A model generated the notes under the pieces. It did not search any database, had not been told where the DNA came from, and saw only the letters and a list, made by a program, of their open reading frames with translations. Below, piece by piece: positions 8,681 through 17,689 of a stretch of DNA of 35,232 nt (its first letter is position 1; each line of letters opens with the position of its first letter). This DNA comes from a virus (taxonomy: Duplodnaviria; Heunggongvirae; Uroviricota; Caudoviricetes), in IMG/VR virus record IMGVR_UViG_2541047821_000009. One strand, given 5' to 3'. A program made the position numbers and the translations under genes.

Positions 8681-9361
8681 TTATTTCTCTAAGTATTCAT
8701 TATTATTTATATAATGTTCTATATTATTCGCGATTGCATCAAGATAGGCTATTACTTCTAATGAAATATTCTCTAAATCCTGATATGAAACATTTTTCCC
8801 AATCTCAGCAAATGATACATTTCCATGAGATAAATCATTGCGATGTTGTTTAACAGTGGCTAACTTTTCACCATGTTTAGTGTGAGTGTAATCAGAATGG
8901 GTTGAAAATCCATATATTTTCGATTTTTCTTTTATTTCCTCTCTATCAATATTGCCTGAAAATATTTTCTTTTTGTTGAATGTACCATAAGAAATACCAC
9001 AGGATATGCCTTTAGTAAGTCCGTTGATTAAATTATCGATGTTAACAGATTCATTTTTTAATCTTTTTAAAATTTCTGATTTTAGGTTTTTTTTAAGTTT
9101 GTCAAACTCTATGTTTCTATCATAAATAGTCTCATGTATAAGGCAGATAGCCTCTCTCATTGTTGATTCAATAAGGTTGTATAATAGTATATATACTGCA
9201 CCCTTTAGAGTTTTTCGTGATTGAGATGTAATGGTGAACTTATGTTCTTTATTATCGGATGATATTAATTCCGCACCAGCATGCTCAATAAATTTTAAAA
9301 GATCTAAATAGGCCAAGATTTCTCCTGACCTTTCGTCAAAATCCTCACGAAAACGATCCAT
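8681..9361 (-). CDS. HEPN-like protein (putative RNase effector), partner of the DUF262 protein
   Basis: 226 aa; C-terminal 'QHRNDLSHG' fits the HEPN R-x(4-6)-H motif; its start is 1 nt from the stop of the upstream DUF262 gene. Confidence 0.5.
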   Translation of the reverse strand: MDRFREDFDERSGEILAYLDLLKFIEHAGAELISSDNKEHKFTITSQSRKTLKGAVYILLYNLIESTMREAICLIHETIYDRNIEFDKLKKNLKSEILKRLKNESVNIDNLINGLTKGISCGISYGTFNKKKIFSGNIDREEIKEKSKIYGFSTHSDYTHTKHGEKLATVKQHRNDLSHGNVSFAEIGKNVSYQDLENISLEVIAYLDAIANNIEHYINNNEYLEK

Positions 9362-9362
9362 G

Positions 9363-10505
9363 TTAATCCTCTAATAGTTTGTCTCGCACATATTCAATTC
9401 GTTCAATTACCTTCACGCGACTATTTGCTCCGTCGGAGGTGGTTAATTGTTTGAATTCTTCTGAGCTTAGCCAATCTAAGTTTTTGGGGACAAGGTTAGG
9501 CTCTAGACGTAATGCGAGTGCAGCACCAACAGCGAGAGATTCAAATCTAACTCGAGGTGTAGATTTTGCAGTGATAGTTTTCTTAAAGCCTGCTGGGAAA
9601 TGGTTTTCAACGAAAGACAGAACATTCGAAAACTCTTCTTTCATTGAGTTTTGTTCAGCTTCATCTATATTACTCTTTTCCTTCATGTAATCATTCAGAA
9701 AATCACGCACGGAATGATCAAATTTCTTATATTTATCTAAGTAGGCAAAGAATCTCAATGTAAATTCTAACCGTTCATCTCGTTTTTCTTTAGCCTCAGA
9801 TAAAGGTGCTAACTCCTTAAATTTAGATATTGTCGAGCATGGCTTAATAACCTGCGTATATAAATTTGTTGAGCCAAGTTCTGAACCTTTACGAACTTCC
9901 ATATCTTTCAATATGTCACTACCAGAGTTAATTCGCTCAAAAAGATCCCTGCGGGTTTCTTCATTGCATTTAGAACTCAACTCTATAACACGCACAGGAA
10001 TTCTCATGAAACGGCGTTGGCGTGATAATGGTAAATCTTGGAATCTGAAACCATTAAGAGAACTTAAAGATTTCAGATCTTGTAAAACTAATTCATTGTG
10101 GATAAACGCATGTATGGTTCTAACACGCTGTGAGCCATCAACAATTTCAATCCGTCCATCTAAATCGGGATCTTCTGAAAAGACATCAGCTGTAAATATA
10201 TATGGTATAGGGAAGCCCAAAATTAAAGACTCTATTAATCTTGATTGTCTCTTTTCATTCCAAACAAAGTCCCTTTGATAATCAGGAACAAAGAGTTCGT
10301 TGGTATCATCCTCTAACCCGTTATGATACTTATTAACTAATAACTCAACAGTAAATTCTTTGGTCTCAAAGTCAACATCCTTTTGCTCTGCGCGAATTTG
10401 CTCTTCAGCCTCTTGTTTTATAACTTCTAGCTGAGCTAGGAGTTCTGCCCTTTTTTTGGCATTATCTTCATGTTCTAGTTGAGATTTTAACCCAATAATA
10501 TCCAT
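9363..10505 (-). CDS. DUF262 (ParB/Srx-like, GmrS-type N-terminal domain) protein
   Basis: 380 aa; 'VPDYQRDFVW' and 'IVDGSQRVRTI' match the DUF262 signatures; no HNH/DUF1524 nuclease domain seen in the C-terminal half. Confidence 0.7.
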   Translation of the reverse strand: MDIIGLKSQLEHEDNAKKRAELLAQLEVIKQEAEEQIRAEQKDVDFETKEFTVELLVNKYHNGLEDDTNELFVPDYQRDFVWNEKRQSRLIESLILGFPIPYIFTADVFSEDPDLDGRIEIVDGSQRVRTIHAFIHNELVLQDLKSLSSLNGFRFQDLPLSRQRRFMRIPVRVIELSSKCNEETRRDLFERINSGSDILKDMEVRKGSELGSTNLYTQVIKPCSTISKFKELAPLSEAKEKRDERLEFTLRFFAYLDKYKKFDHSVRDFLNDYMKEKSNIDEAEQNSMKEEFSNVLSFVENHFPAGFKKTITAKSTPRVRFESLAVGAALALRLEPNLVPKNLDWLSSEEFKQLTTSDGANSRVKVIERIEYVRDKLLED

Positions 10506-10690
10506 ATCCAGATCCCTTAATGATTGTTATAAATGAAAACAGATAGCATACCGCATAGATCAGGAAAAATGCCATCGCATGCATGAATTTGCATGAGAGA
10601 AAGATTACCATTTGGGATTAGCTTTGCCAGTGCTGATGGGTTTTGGATTTTAATCATGTACTGCATCAAAACCGCCTCATGAAGCGGGCG

Positions 10691-10709
10691 GGCGAGGCGG
10701 GGAAAGCAC
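10691..10709. other. cos: cos site (19-nt cohesive-end sequence GGCGAGGCGGGGAAAGCAC)
   Basis: Exact 19-mer read at 10691-10709; matches the P2 cohesive-end sequence as recalled from memory; position immediately upstream of leftward Q is the P2 position. Confidence 0.55.
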
Positions 10710-10878
10710 TGCGCGCTGGCGGTGGTGCTGATTTTATTTTTTCAGCGTCTGAGCGCGTCGTGATGGCGTTTAGATTGTGCGCCGGGGCGTTGGTGTGTCT
10801 GCGGGGTGTTTTGTGCGGTGGTGAGCGTGTGAGGGCGTGATGACGGGGTGTAAAAAAGCCGCCCACAGGCGGCGATGT

Positions 10879-11913
10879 TCAGTCGTTGTCAGTGTCCAGT
10901 GAGTAGTTTTTAAAGCGGATGACTTCCTGACCGAGCCAGCCGTTTATTTCCCGAATCCTGTCCTGTAGCGGGATAAGCTCATTGCGGACAAAGACCTTTG
11001 CCACTTTCTCAATATCACCCAGCGACCCGACGTTCTCCGGCTTGCCGCCCATCAACTGAAAGGGGATGCGGTGCGCGTCCAGCAGGTCTGCGGCACTGGC
11101 TTTTTTGATATTAAAAAAATCGTCCTTCGTTGCCACTTCACTGAGCGGGATAATTTTAATGCCGTCAGCTTTCCCCTGCGGGGCATAGAGAAACAGATTT
11201 TTAAAGTTGTTGCGGCCTTTCGACTTCACCATGTTTTCGCGAAGCATTTCGATATCGTTGCGATCCTGCACGGCATCGGTGACGTACATGATGTATCCGG
11301 CATGTGCGCCATTTTCGTAATATTTGCGGCGGAACAGCGTGGCCGACTCATTCAGCCAGGCAGAATTAAGGGCGCTGAGATATTCCGGCAGGCCGTACAG
11401 CTCCTGATTAATATCCGGCTCCAGCAGGTGAAACACGGAGCCGGGCGCGAAAGGTGTCGGCTCGTTAAAGGACGGCACCCACCAGTAAACATCCTCTTCC
11501 ACACCACGGCGGGTATATTTTGCCGGTGAGGTTTCCAGCCTGATAACTTTACCGGTGGTGCTGTAACGCTTTTCCAGAAACGCATTACCGAACACCAGAA
11601 AATCCAGCACAAAGCGGCTGAAATCCTGCTGGGAAAGCCACGGGTGCGGAATAAACGTTGAAGCCAGAATATTACGTTTGACGTAAATCGGTGAGCTGTG
11701 ATGTACGGCAGCACGCAGGCTTTTTGCCAGACCGGTAAAGCTGACCGGTGGCTCATACCATCTGCCGTTACTGATGCACTCGACGTAATCCAGAATGTCA
11801 CGGCGGTCGAGTACCGGCACCGGCTCACCAAAGGTGAATGCCTCCATTTTCGGGGCCCTGGCGGTCATTGTTTTCACCGCTGGCTGCGGTGTTTTCCCTT
11901 TTTTCTTGCTCAT
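10879..11913 (-). CDS. Q: Portal protein (gpQ)
   Basis: 344 aa, same as P2 Q; next to cos and the terminase gene. Confidence 0.9.
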   Translation of the reverse strand: MSKKKGKTPQPAVKTMTARAPKMEAFTFGEPVPVLDRRDILDYVECISNGRWYEPPVSFTGLAKSLRAAVHHSSPIYVKRNILASTFIPHPWLSQQDFSRFVLDFLVFGNAFLEKRYSTTGKVIRLETSPAKYTRRGVEEDVYWWVPSFNEPTPFAPGSVFHLLEPDINQELYGLPEYLSALNSAWLNESATLFRRKYYENGAHAGYIMYVTDAVQDRNDIEMLRENMVKSKGRNNFKNLFLYAPQGKADGIKIIPLSEVATKDDFFNIKKASAADLLDAHRIPFQLMGGKPENVGSLGDIEKVAKVFVRNELIPLQDRIREINGWLGQEVIRFKNYSLDTDND

Positions 11914-13685
11914 CAGTAAAACTCCAGAATGGTGGATGTCAGCGGGGTGCTGATACCGGCGGTGAGTGGCTCATTTAACAGGGCGTGCATGGTCGCCCAG
12001 GCGAGGTCGGCGTGGCTGGCTTCCTCGCTGCGGCTGGCCTCATAGGTGGCGCTGCGTCCGCTGCTGGTCATGGTCTTGCGGATAGCCATAAACGAGCTGG
12101 TGATGTCGGTGGCGCTGACGTCATATTCCAGACAGCCACGGCGGATAACGTCTTTTGCCTTGAGCACCATTGCGGTTTTCATTTCCGGCGTGTAGCGGAT
12201 ATCGCGCGCGGCAGGATAGAACGAGCGCACGAGCTGGAACACGCCGACACCGAGGCCGGTGGCATCAATACCGATGTATTCGACGTTGTATTTTTCGGTG
12301 AGTTTGCGGATGGATTCAGCCTGGGTGGCAAAGTCCATGCCTTTCCACTGGTGACGCTCAAGTATTCTGAATTTGCCACCGGCCACCACCGGCGGTGCCA
12401 GTACCACGCATCCGGCGCTGTCGCCACGGTGTGACGGGTCGTAACCAATCCATACCGGGCGGGAGCCGAACGGATTGGCGGCAAACGGCGCATAGTCTTC
12501 CCATTCTTCCAGCGTGTCGACCATGCAGCGTTGCAGCTCCTCGAACGGGAACACCGACGCCTTGTCGTCAACAAATTCACACATGAACAGGTTTTTAAAA
12601 TCGTCGGCGCTGTTTTCACGTTTGAGCTGCTCAATGTCGAACAGCGTGCAGCCACCTTTCAGGGCGTCCTCAATGGTGACAATCTGCCGCCACTGGCCGT
12701 CCGCACAGAGAAGACCTCCGGCAAGGGCGTTATGACTGACGTCGATTTCCACGCGTTCGGCGGCGCTGGCGCGTCCCCGGTTGAACAGTTCACCCGACCA
12801 GAACGGGTAGGCGTCGTGCGCCAGCGTGGACGGGGTGGAGAAATAGGTCGAGCGCAGGTGACTCTGTGAGGCCATACCTGATGCCACCTTACGCAGTACC
12901 TGAAAATTCGGGATCCAGAAAATCTCGTCGACGTACAGGTCGCCGTTATGGCTCTGTGCGGTGTTGGAGTTGGTGCCGAGAAAAATCAGTTTTGCGCCGT
13001 TATTGCCCAGGACAATCGGGTCACCGGTCAGGTCAACGTCAACCAGCCGGGCAAAGGCGATGATGTATTCACGGAACACATACGCCTGCGTTTTACTGGC
13101 CGACAGAAAAATCTGGTTATGGCCGGTTTTCAGGGCGCGCAGCAGCGCCTCGCGGGAAAAATAAAACGTTGCGCCAATCTGGCGGGATTTCAGGATATCG
13201 CGGATGCGGTGCTCAAGCCCGGCGCGATACCAGTGCAACTGATAGTCGAAAGACTGCTCAAAGAAAATCTGCTCCAGCTTTTCGATGGCCTCGTCACTGA
13301 AAAAATTCTTTTTCGGTTTGCGGCGTTCGCCTTTGTTGCGGTTAGCGACGTTCGGATTAAGGTCTGCCTCGTTGCCGGTCTGGCTGTAGCGGTTGACCCG
13401 TGCCAGTCGTTCAATCTGGCGTCCGAGCAGGTCAATTTCCTTGAAGTCACCGCCGGTTTTCTGCGGTTTGATGATGAGCTGGGTCAGCCGCGCTTCCAGA
13501 CTCATTTCGACACGGCTGATGGGGGCAACGCTGTCCCAGCCGTCGCGCTGTTTCCAGCTCTGCACCGTCGGGCGTTTCATCTGCAACATGGCGGCAATCT
13601 GCGGCACGGAAAACCCCTGCCAGTACAGCAGCGCCGCCTGACGACGCGGGTCGTGTAAAAGAGTGGTGTCTGTGGTGATGGTCAT
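11913..13685 (-). CDS. P: Terminase large subunit (gpP)
   Basis: Start at internal Met (MTITTDTT...) gives 590 aa as in P2 P; N-terminal HTH-like region. Confidence 0.85.
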   Translation of the reverse strand: MTITTDTTLLHDPRRQAALLYWQGFSVPQIAAMLQMKRPTVQSWKQRDGWDSVAPISRVEMSLEARLTQLIIKPQKTGGDFKEIDLLGRQIERLARVNRYSQTGNEADLNPNVANRNKGERRKPKKNFFSDEAIEKLEQIFFEQSFDYQLHWYRAGLEHRIRDILKSRQIGATFYFSREALLRALKTGHNQIFLSASKTQAYVFREYIIAFARLVDVDLTGDPIVLGNNGAKLIFLGTNSNTAQSHNGDLYVDEIFWIPNFQVLRKVASGMASQSHLRSTYFSTPSTLAHDAYPFWSGELFNRGRASAAERVEIDVSHNALAGGLLCADGQWRQIVTIEDALKGGCTLFDIEQLKRENSADDFKNLFMCEFVDDKASVFPFEELQRCMVDTLEEWEDYAPFAANPFGSRPVWIGYDPSHRGDSAGCVVLAPPVVAGGKFRILERHQWKGMDFATQAESIRKLTEKYNVEYIGIDATGLGVGVFQLVRSFYPAARDIRYTPEMKTAMVLKAKDVIRRGCLEYDVSATDITSSFMAIRKTMTSSGRSATYEASRSEEASHADLAWATMHALLNEPLTAGISTPLTSTILEFY

Positions 13686-13858
13686 GAATACCTCGCCGTG
13701 ATGAATACACGGCAAGGCTACTGAGTCGCGCCCCGCGATTCGCTAAGGTGCTGTTGTGTCAGTGATAAGCCATCCGGGACTGATGGCGGAGGATGCGCAT
13801 CGTCGGGAAACTGATGCCGACATGTGACTCCTCTAATCACTATTCAGGACTCCTGACA
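13686..13858. promoter_or_regulatory. Divergent late-promoter region between P (leftward) and O (rightward)
   Basis: Only non-coding gap between the divergent P and O operons; by analogy with P2 it should hold Ogr-dependent late promoters; I could not confidently identify the TGT-N12-ACA activator site by eye. Confidence 0.3.
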
Positions 13859-14713
13859 ATGGCAAAAAAAGTCTCAAAATTCTTTCGTATCGGCGTTGAG
13901 GGTGACACCTGTGACGGGCGTGTCATCAGTGCGCAGGATATTCAGGAAATGGCCGAAACCTTTGACCCGCGAGTCTATGGTTGCCGCATTAACCTGGAAC
14001 ATCTGCGCGGCATCCTGCCTGACGGTATTTTTAAGCGTTATGGCGATGTGGTCGAACTGAAGGCCGAAAAGATTGACGATGATTCGGCGCTGAAAGGCAA
14101 ATGGGCGCTGTTTGCGAAAATCACCCCGACCGATGACCTTATCGCGATGAACAAGGCTGCGCAGAAGGTCTACACCTCAATGGAAATTCAGCCGAACTTT
14201 GCCAATACAGGCAAATGTTATCTGGTGGGTCTGGCCGTCACCGATGACCCGGCAAGCCTCGGCACGGAATACCTGGAATTCTGCCGCACGGCAAAACACA
14301 ACCCTCTGAACCGCTTCAAATTAAGCCCTGAAAACCTGATTTCAGTGGCAACGCCTGTTGAGCTGGAATTTGAAGACCTGCCTGAAACTGTGTTCACCGC
14401 CCTGACCGAAAAGGTGAAATCCATTTTTGGCCGCAAACAGGCCAGCGATGACGCCCGTCTGAATGACGTGCATGAAGCGGTGACCGCTGTCGCTGAGCAT
14501 GTGCAGGAAAAACTGAGCGCCACTGAGCAGCGCCTTGCTGAGATGGAAACCGCCTTTTCCGCACTTAAGCAGGATGTGACTGACAGGGCGGATGAAACCA
14601 GTCAGGCATTCACCCGCCTGAAAAACAGTCTCGACCACACCGAAAGTCTGACCCAGCAGCGCCGCAGCAAAGCCACCGGCGGTGGCGGTGACGCCCTGAT
14701 GACGAACTGCTGA
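13859..14713 (+). CDS. O: Capsid scaffolding protein (gpO)
   Basis: Start at internal Met 'MAKKVSKFF' gives 284 aa as in P2 O. Confidence 0.85.
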   Translation: MAKKVSKFFRIGVEGDTCDGRVISAQDIQEMAETFDPRVYGCRINLEHLRGILPDGIFKRYGDVVELKAEKIDDDSALKGKWALFAKITPTDDLIAMNKAAQKVYTSMEIQPNFANTGKCYLVGLAVTDDPASLGTEYLEFCRTAKHNPLNRFKLSPENLISVATPVELEFEDLPETVFTALTEKVKSIFGRKQASDDARLNDVHEAVTAVAEHVQEKLSATEQRLAEMETAFSALKQDVTDRADETSQAFTRLKNSLDHTESLTQQRRSKATGGGGDALMTNC

Positions 14714-14771
14714 CCGGCGTCAGTCAGTCCGGGAAAACCTTCACGATTAACCCTTAATTTCAGGAAAAACT

Positions 14772-15845
14772 ATGCGCCAGGAAACCCGCTTTAAATTTAA
14801 TGCCTACCTGTCCCGTGTTGCCGAACTGAACGGCATCGACGCCGGTGATGTGTCGAAAAAATTCACCGTTGAACCGTCGGTCACCCAGACCCTGATGAAC
14901 ACCATGCAGGAGTCCTCTGACTTTCTGACCCGCATCAACATTGTGCCGGTCAGCGAAATGAAAGGGGAAAAAATTGGTATTGGTGTCACCGGCTCCATCG
15001 CCAGCACCACCGACACCGCCGGTGGCACCGAGCGTCAGCCGAAGGACTTCTCGAAGCTGGCGTCAAACAAGTACGAATGCGACCAGATTAACTTCGATTT
15101 TTATATCCGCTACAAAACGCTGGACCTGTGGGCGCGTTATCAGGATTTCCAGCTCCGTATCCGTAACGCCATTATCAAACGCCAGTCCCTTGATTTCATC
15201 ATGGCCGGTTTTAACGGCGTGAAGCGTGCCGAAACCTCTGACCGCAGCAGCAATCCGATGCTGCAGGATGTGGCGGTCGGCTGGCTGCAGAAATACCGCA
15301 ATGAAGCCCCGGCGCGCGTGATGAGCAAGGTCACTGACGAGGAAGGACACACCACCTCTGAGGTCATCCGCGTGGGTAAGGGCGGTGATTATGCCAGCCT
15401 TGATGCACTGGTGATGGATGCGACCAACAACCTGATTGAGCCGTGGTATCAGGAAGACCCTGACCTTGTGGTAATTGTGGGACGTCAGCTACTGGCGGAC
15501 AAGTATTTTCCCATCGTCAACAAGGAGCAGGACAACAGCGAAATGCTGGCCGCTGACGTCATCATCAGCCAGAAACGCATCGGCAACCTGCCAGCGGTAC
15601 GCGTCCCGTACTTCCCGGCGGATGCGATGCTCATCACGAAGCTGGAAAACCTGTCCATCTACTACATGGATGACAGCCATCGCCGCGTGATTGAGGAAAA
15701 CCCGAAACTCGACCGCGTGGAGAACTACGAGTCAATGAACATTGATTACGTGGTGGAGGACTACGCCGCCGGTTGTCTGGTGGAAAAAATTAAGGTCGGT
15801 GATTTCTCCACACCGGCTAAGGCGACCGCAGAGCCGGGAGCGTAA
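14772..15845 (+). CDS. N: Major capsid protein (gpN)
   Basis: 357 aa as in P2 N; follows O. Confidence 0.9.
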   Translation: MRQETRFKFNAYLSRVAELNGIDAGDVSKKFTVEPSVTQTLMNTMQESSDFLTRINIVPVSEMKGEKIGIGVTGSIASTTDTAGGTERQPKDFSKLASNKYECDQINFDFYIRYKTLDLWARYQDFQLRIRNAIIKRQSLDFIMAGFNGVKRAETSDRSSNPMLQDVAVGWLQKYRNEAPARVMSKVTDEEGHTTSEVIRVGKGGDYASLDALVMDATNNLIEPWYQEDPDLVVIVGRQLLADKYFPIVNKEQDNSEMLAADVIISQKRIGNLPAVRVPYFPADAMLITKLENLSIYYMDDSHRRVIEENPKLDRVENYESMNIDYVVEDYAAGCLVEKIKVGDFSTPAKATAEPGA

Positions 15846-15848
15846 CCG

Positions 15849-16592
15849 ATGACGAGTCCCGCACAGCGCCACATGATGCGGGTCTCGGCAGCGATGACCG
15901 CGCAGCGGGACGCCGCCCCGCTGCGACATGCAACTGTCTATGAGCAGATGCTGGTTAAGCTGGCCGCAGACCAGCGCACACTGAAAGCGATTTATTCAAA
16001 AGAGCTGAAGGCCGCAAAAAAACGCGAACTGCTGCCGTTCTGGTTGCCGTGGGTGAACGGCGTGCTGGAGCAGGGCAAAGGTGCACAGGATGACATTCTG
16101 ATGACGGTCATGCTGTGGCGTCTGGATACCGGCGATATTGCCGGTGCGCTGGAGATTGCCCGTTATGCCCTGAAGTACGGTCTGACCATGCCGGGTAAAC
16201 ACCGCCGTACCCCGCCGTACATGTTCACCGAGGAGGTGGCGCTTGCGGCCATGCGCGCTCACGCTGCCGGTGAGTCTGTGGATACCCGCCTGCTGACGGA
16301 CACCCTTGAACTGACCGCCACGGCTGACATGCCTGATGAAGTGCGCGCAAAGCTGCACAAAATCACCGGTCTGTTTCTGCGTGACACCGGTGATGCCGCC
16401 GGTGCGCTGGCGCACCTGCAACGTGCGACACAGCTCGACTGTCAGGCAGGCGTCAAAAAAGAGATTGAACGACTGGAGCGGGAGCTGAAACCGAAGCCGG
16501 AGCCGCAGCCCAAAGCGGCCACCCGCGCCCCGCGTAAGACACGGAGCGTGACACCGGCAAAACGTGGACGCCCGAAAAAGAAAGCCAGTTAA
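15849..16592 (+). CDS. M: Terminase small subunit (gpM)
   Basis: 247 aa as in P2 M; basic Lys/Arg/Pro-rich C-terminal tail. Confidence 0.85.
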   Translation: MTSPAQRHMMRVSAAMTAQRDAAPLRHATVYEQMLVKLAADQRTLKAIYSKELKAAKKRELLPFWLPWVNGVLEQGKGAQDDILMTVMLWRLDTGDIAGALEIARYALKYGLTMPGKHRRTPPYMFTEEVALAAMRAHAAGESVDTRLLTDTLELTATADMPDEVRAKLHKITGLFLRDTGDAAGALAHLQRATQLDCQAGVKKEIERLERELKPKPEPQPKAATRAPRKTRSVTPAKRGRPKKKAS

Positions 16593-16691
16593 CAACCGAA
16601 TGCGCCCCGCGCCAGGGCGGCACGCCGGTCAGTGACGGTGAATCACCTGACACTGCACCGGCGTCCACCGCCCGACTTTTCAGAGGTAGTC

Positions 16692-17201
16692 ATGATGACG
16701 CTGATTATTCCGCGAAAGGAGGCTCCCGTGTCCGGTGAGGGTACGGTGGTCATCCCGCAACCGGCAGGCGACGAGCCGGTGATTAAAAACACGTTCTTTT
16801 TTCCCGATATCGACCCGAAGCGCGTCCGGGAACGTATGCGCCTTGAGCAGACCGTCGCCCCCGCCCGTCTGCGTGAGGCCATCAAGTCAGGCATGGCGGA
16901 AACGAATGCGGAGCTGTACGAGTACCGCGAACAGAAAATTGCTGCCGGTTTTACGCGTCTGGCGGACGTCCCGGCGGACGACATCGACGGTGAAAGCATC
17001 AAAGTTTTTTACTACGAGCGCGCCGTGTGTGCGATGGCGACCGCGTCGCTTTATGAGCGTTATCGCGGCGTGGATGCCAGTGCGAAAGGCGACAAAAAGG
17101 CCGACAGCATTGACAGCACCATTGATGAACTGTGGCGGGATATGCGCTGGGCGGTGGCGCGTATCCAGGACAAGCCGCGCTGCATCGTGAGTCAAATCTG
17201 A
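16692..17201 (+). CDS. L: Head completion / stabilisation protein (gpL)
   Basis: Start at 'MMTLIIP' gives 169 aa as in P2 L. Confidence 0.8.
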   Translation: MMTLIIPRKEAPVSGEGTVVIPQPAGDEPVIKNTFFFPDIDPKRVRERMRLEQTVAPARLREAIKSGMAETNAELYEYREQKIAAGFTRLADVPADDIDGESIKVFYYERAVCAMATASLYERYRGVDASAKGDKKADSIDSTIDELWRDMRWAVARIQDKPRCIVSQI

Positions 17202-17404
17202 TGAAGACCTTTGCGCTACAGGGCGACACGCTCGACGCCATTTGTGTCCGGTATTACGGGCGCACTGAGGGCGTGGTTGAAACCGTGCTCGCCGCAAATC
17301 CGGGACTGGCTGAACTGGGTGCGGTGCTGCCACACGGCACCGCCGTCGAACTGCCCGACGTTCAGACCGCGCCCGTGGCTGAAACTGTCAATCTGTGGGA
17401 GTAA
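17201..17404 (+). CDS. X: Tail protein X (LysM-like)
   Basis: Start at 'MKTFALQGDTL' gives 67 aa as in P2 X; the ATG overlaps the L stop. Confidence 0.75.
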   Translation: MKTFALQGDTLDAICVRYYGRTEGVVETVLAANPGLAELGAVLPHGTAVELPDVQTAPVAETVNLWE

Positions 17405-17407
17405 CGC

Positions 17408-17689
17408 ATGACAGCAGAAGAAAAAAGCGTCCTGTCGCTTTTCATGATTGGGGTGCTGATTGTTGTCGGCAAGGTGCTTGCCGGTGGTGAACCCATCACC
17501 CCGCGTCTGTTTATCGGGCGCATGTTGCTCGGTGGTTTTGTCTCGATGGTTGCCGGTGTTGTTCTGGTGCAGTTTCCTGACCTGTCACTGCCTGCGGTGT
17601 GCGGCATCGGCTCCATGCTGGGTATCGCCGGTTATCAGGTGATTGAGATTGCCATTCAGCGCCGTTTTAAGGGCAGGGGGAAACCGTAA
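17408..17689 (+). CDS. Y: Holin (gpY)
   Basis: 93 aa with hydrophobic helices (LSLFMIGVLIVVG, GGFVSMVAGVVLV) and a charged C-terminus; position before the endolysin. Confidence 0.75.
   Translation: MTAEEKSVLSLFMIGVLIVVGKVLAGGEPITPRLFIGRMLLGGFVSMVAGVVLVQFPDLSLPAVCGIGSMLGIAGYQVIEIAIQRRFKGRGKP

Noticed and set aside
8656-8853. 65-aa plus-strand ORF after the methyltransferase
   Set aside because: It begins inside the bidirectional terminator and is entirely antisense to the HEPN-like gene in AT-rich DNA; likely spurious.
7468-10650. Homologues of P2 old (ATPase/nuclease) or tin in the hotspot
   Set aside because: No Walker-A ATPase or Tin-like ORF is present; the locus is occupied by different cargo.
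10643-10866. Two overlapping track ORFs of 65 and 66 aa in the GC-rich interval upstream of Q
   Set aside because: They overlap each other on opposite strands, lack ribosome-binding sites, have repetitive Gly/Ala/Arg-rich translations, and span the cos region; the interval is better explained as non-coding packaging sequence.
11071-13658. Multiple long alternate-frame and antisense ORFs inside Q and P (for example 11071..11529, 11352..11831, 12179..12655, 12948..13658)
   Set aside because: Typical open-frame artefacts of GC-rich coding DNA; all are fully nested in well-supported portal and terminase genes and have low-complexity Arg/Ala/Gly-rich translations.
15996-17333. Antisense ORFs of 199, 119 and 148 aa overlapping M and L
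   Set aside because: Nested opposite-strand frames in GC-rich structural genes with no start context; not credible genes.
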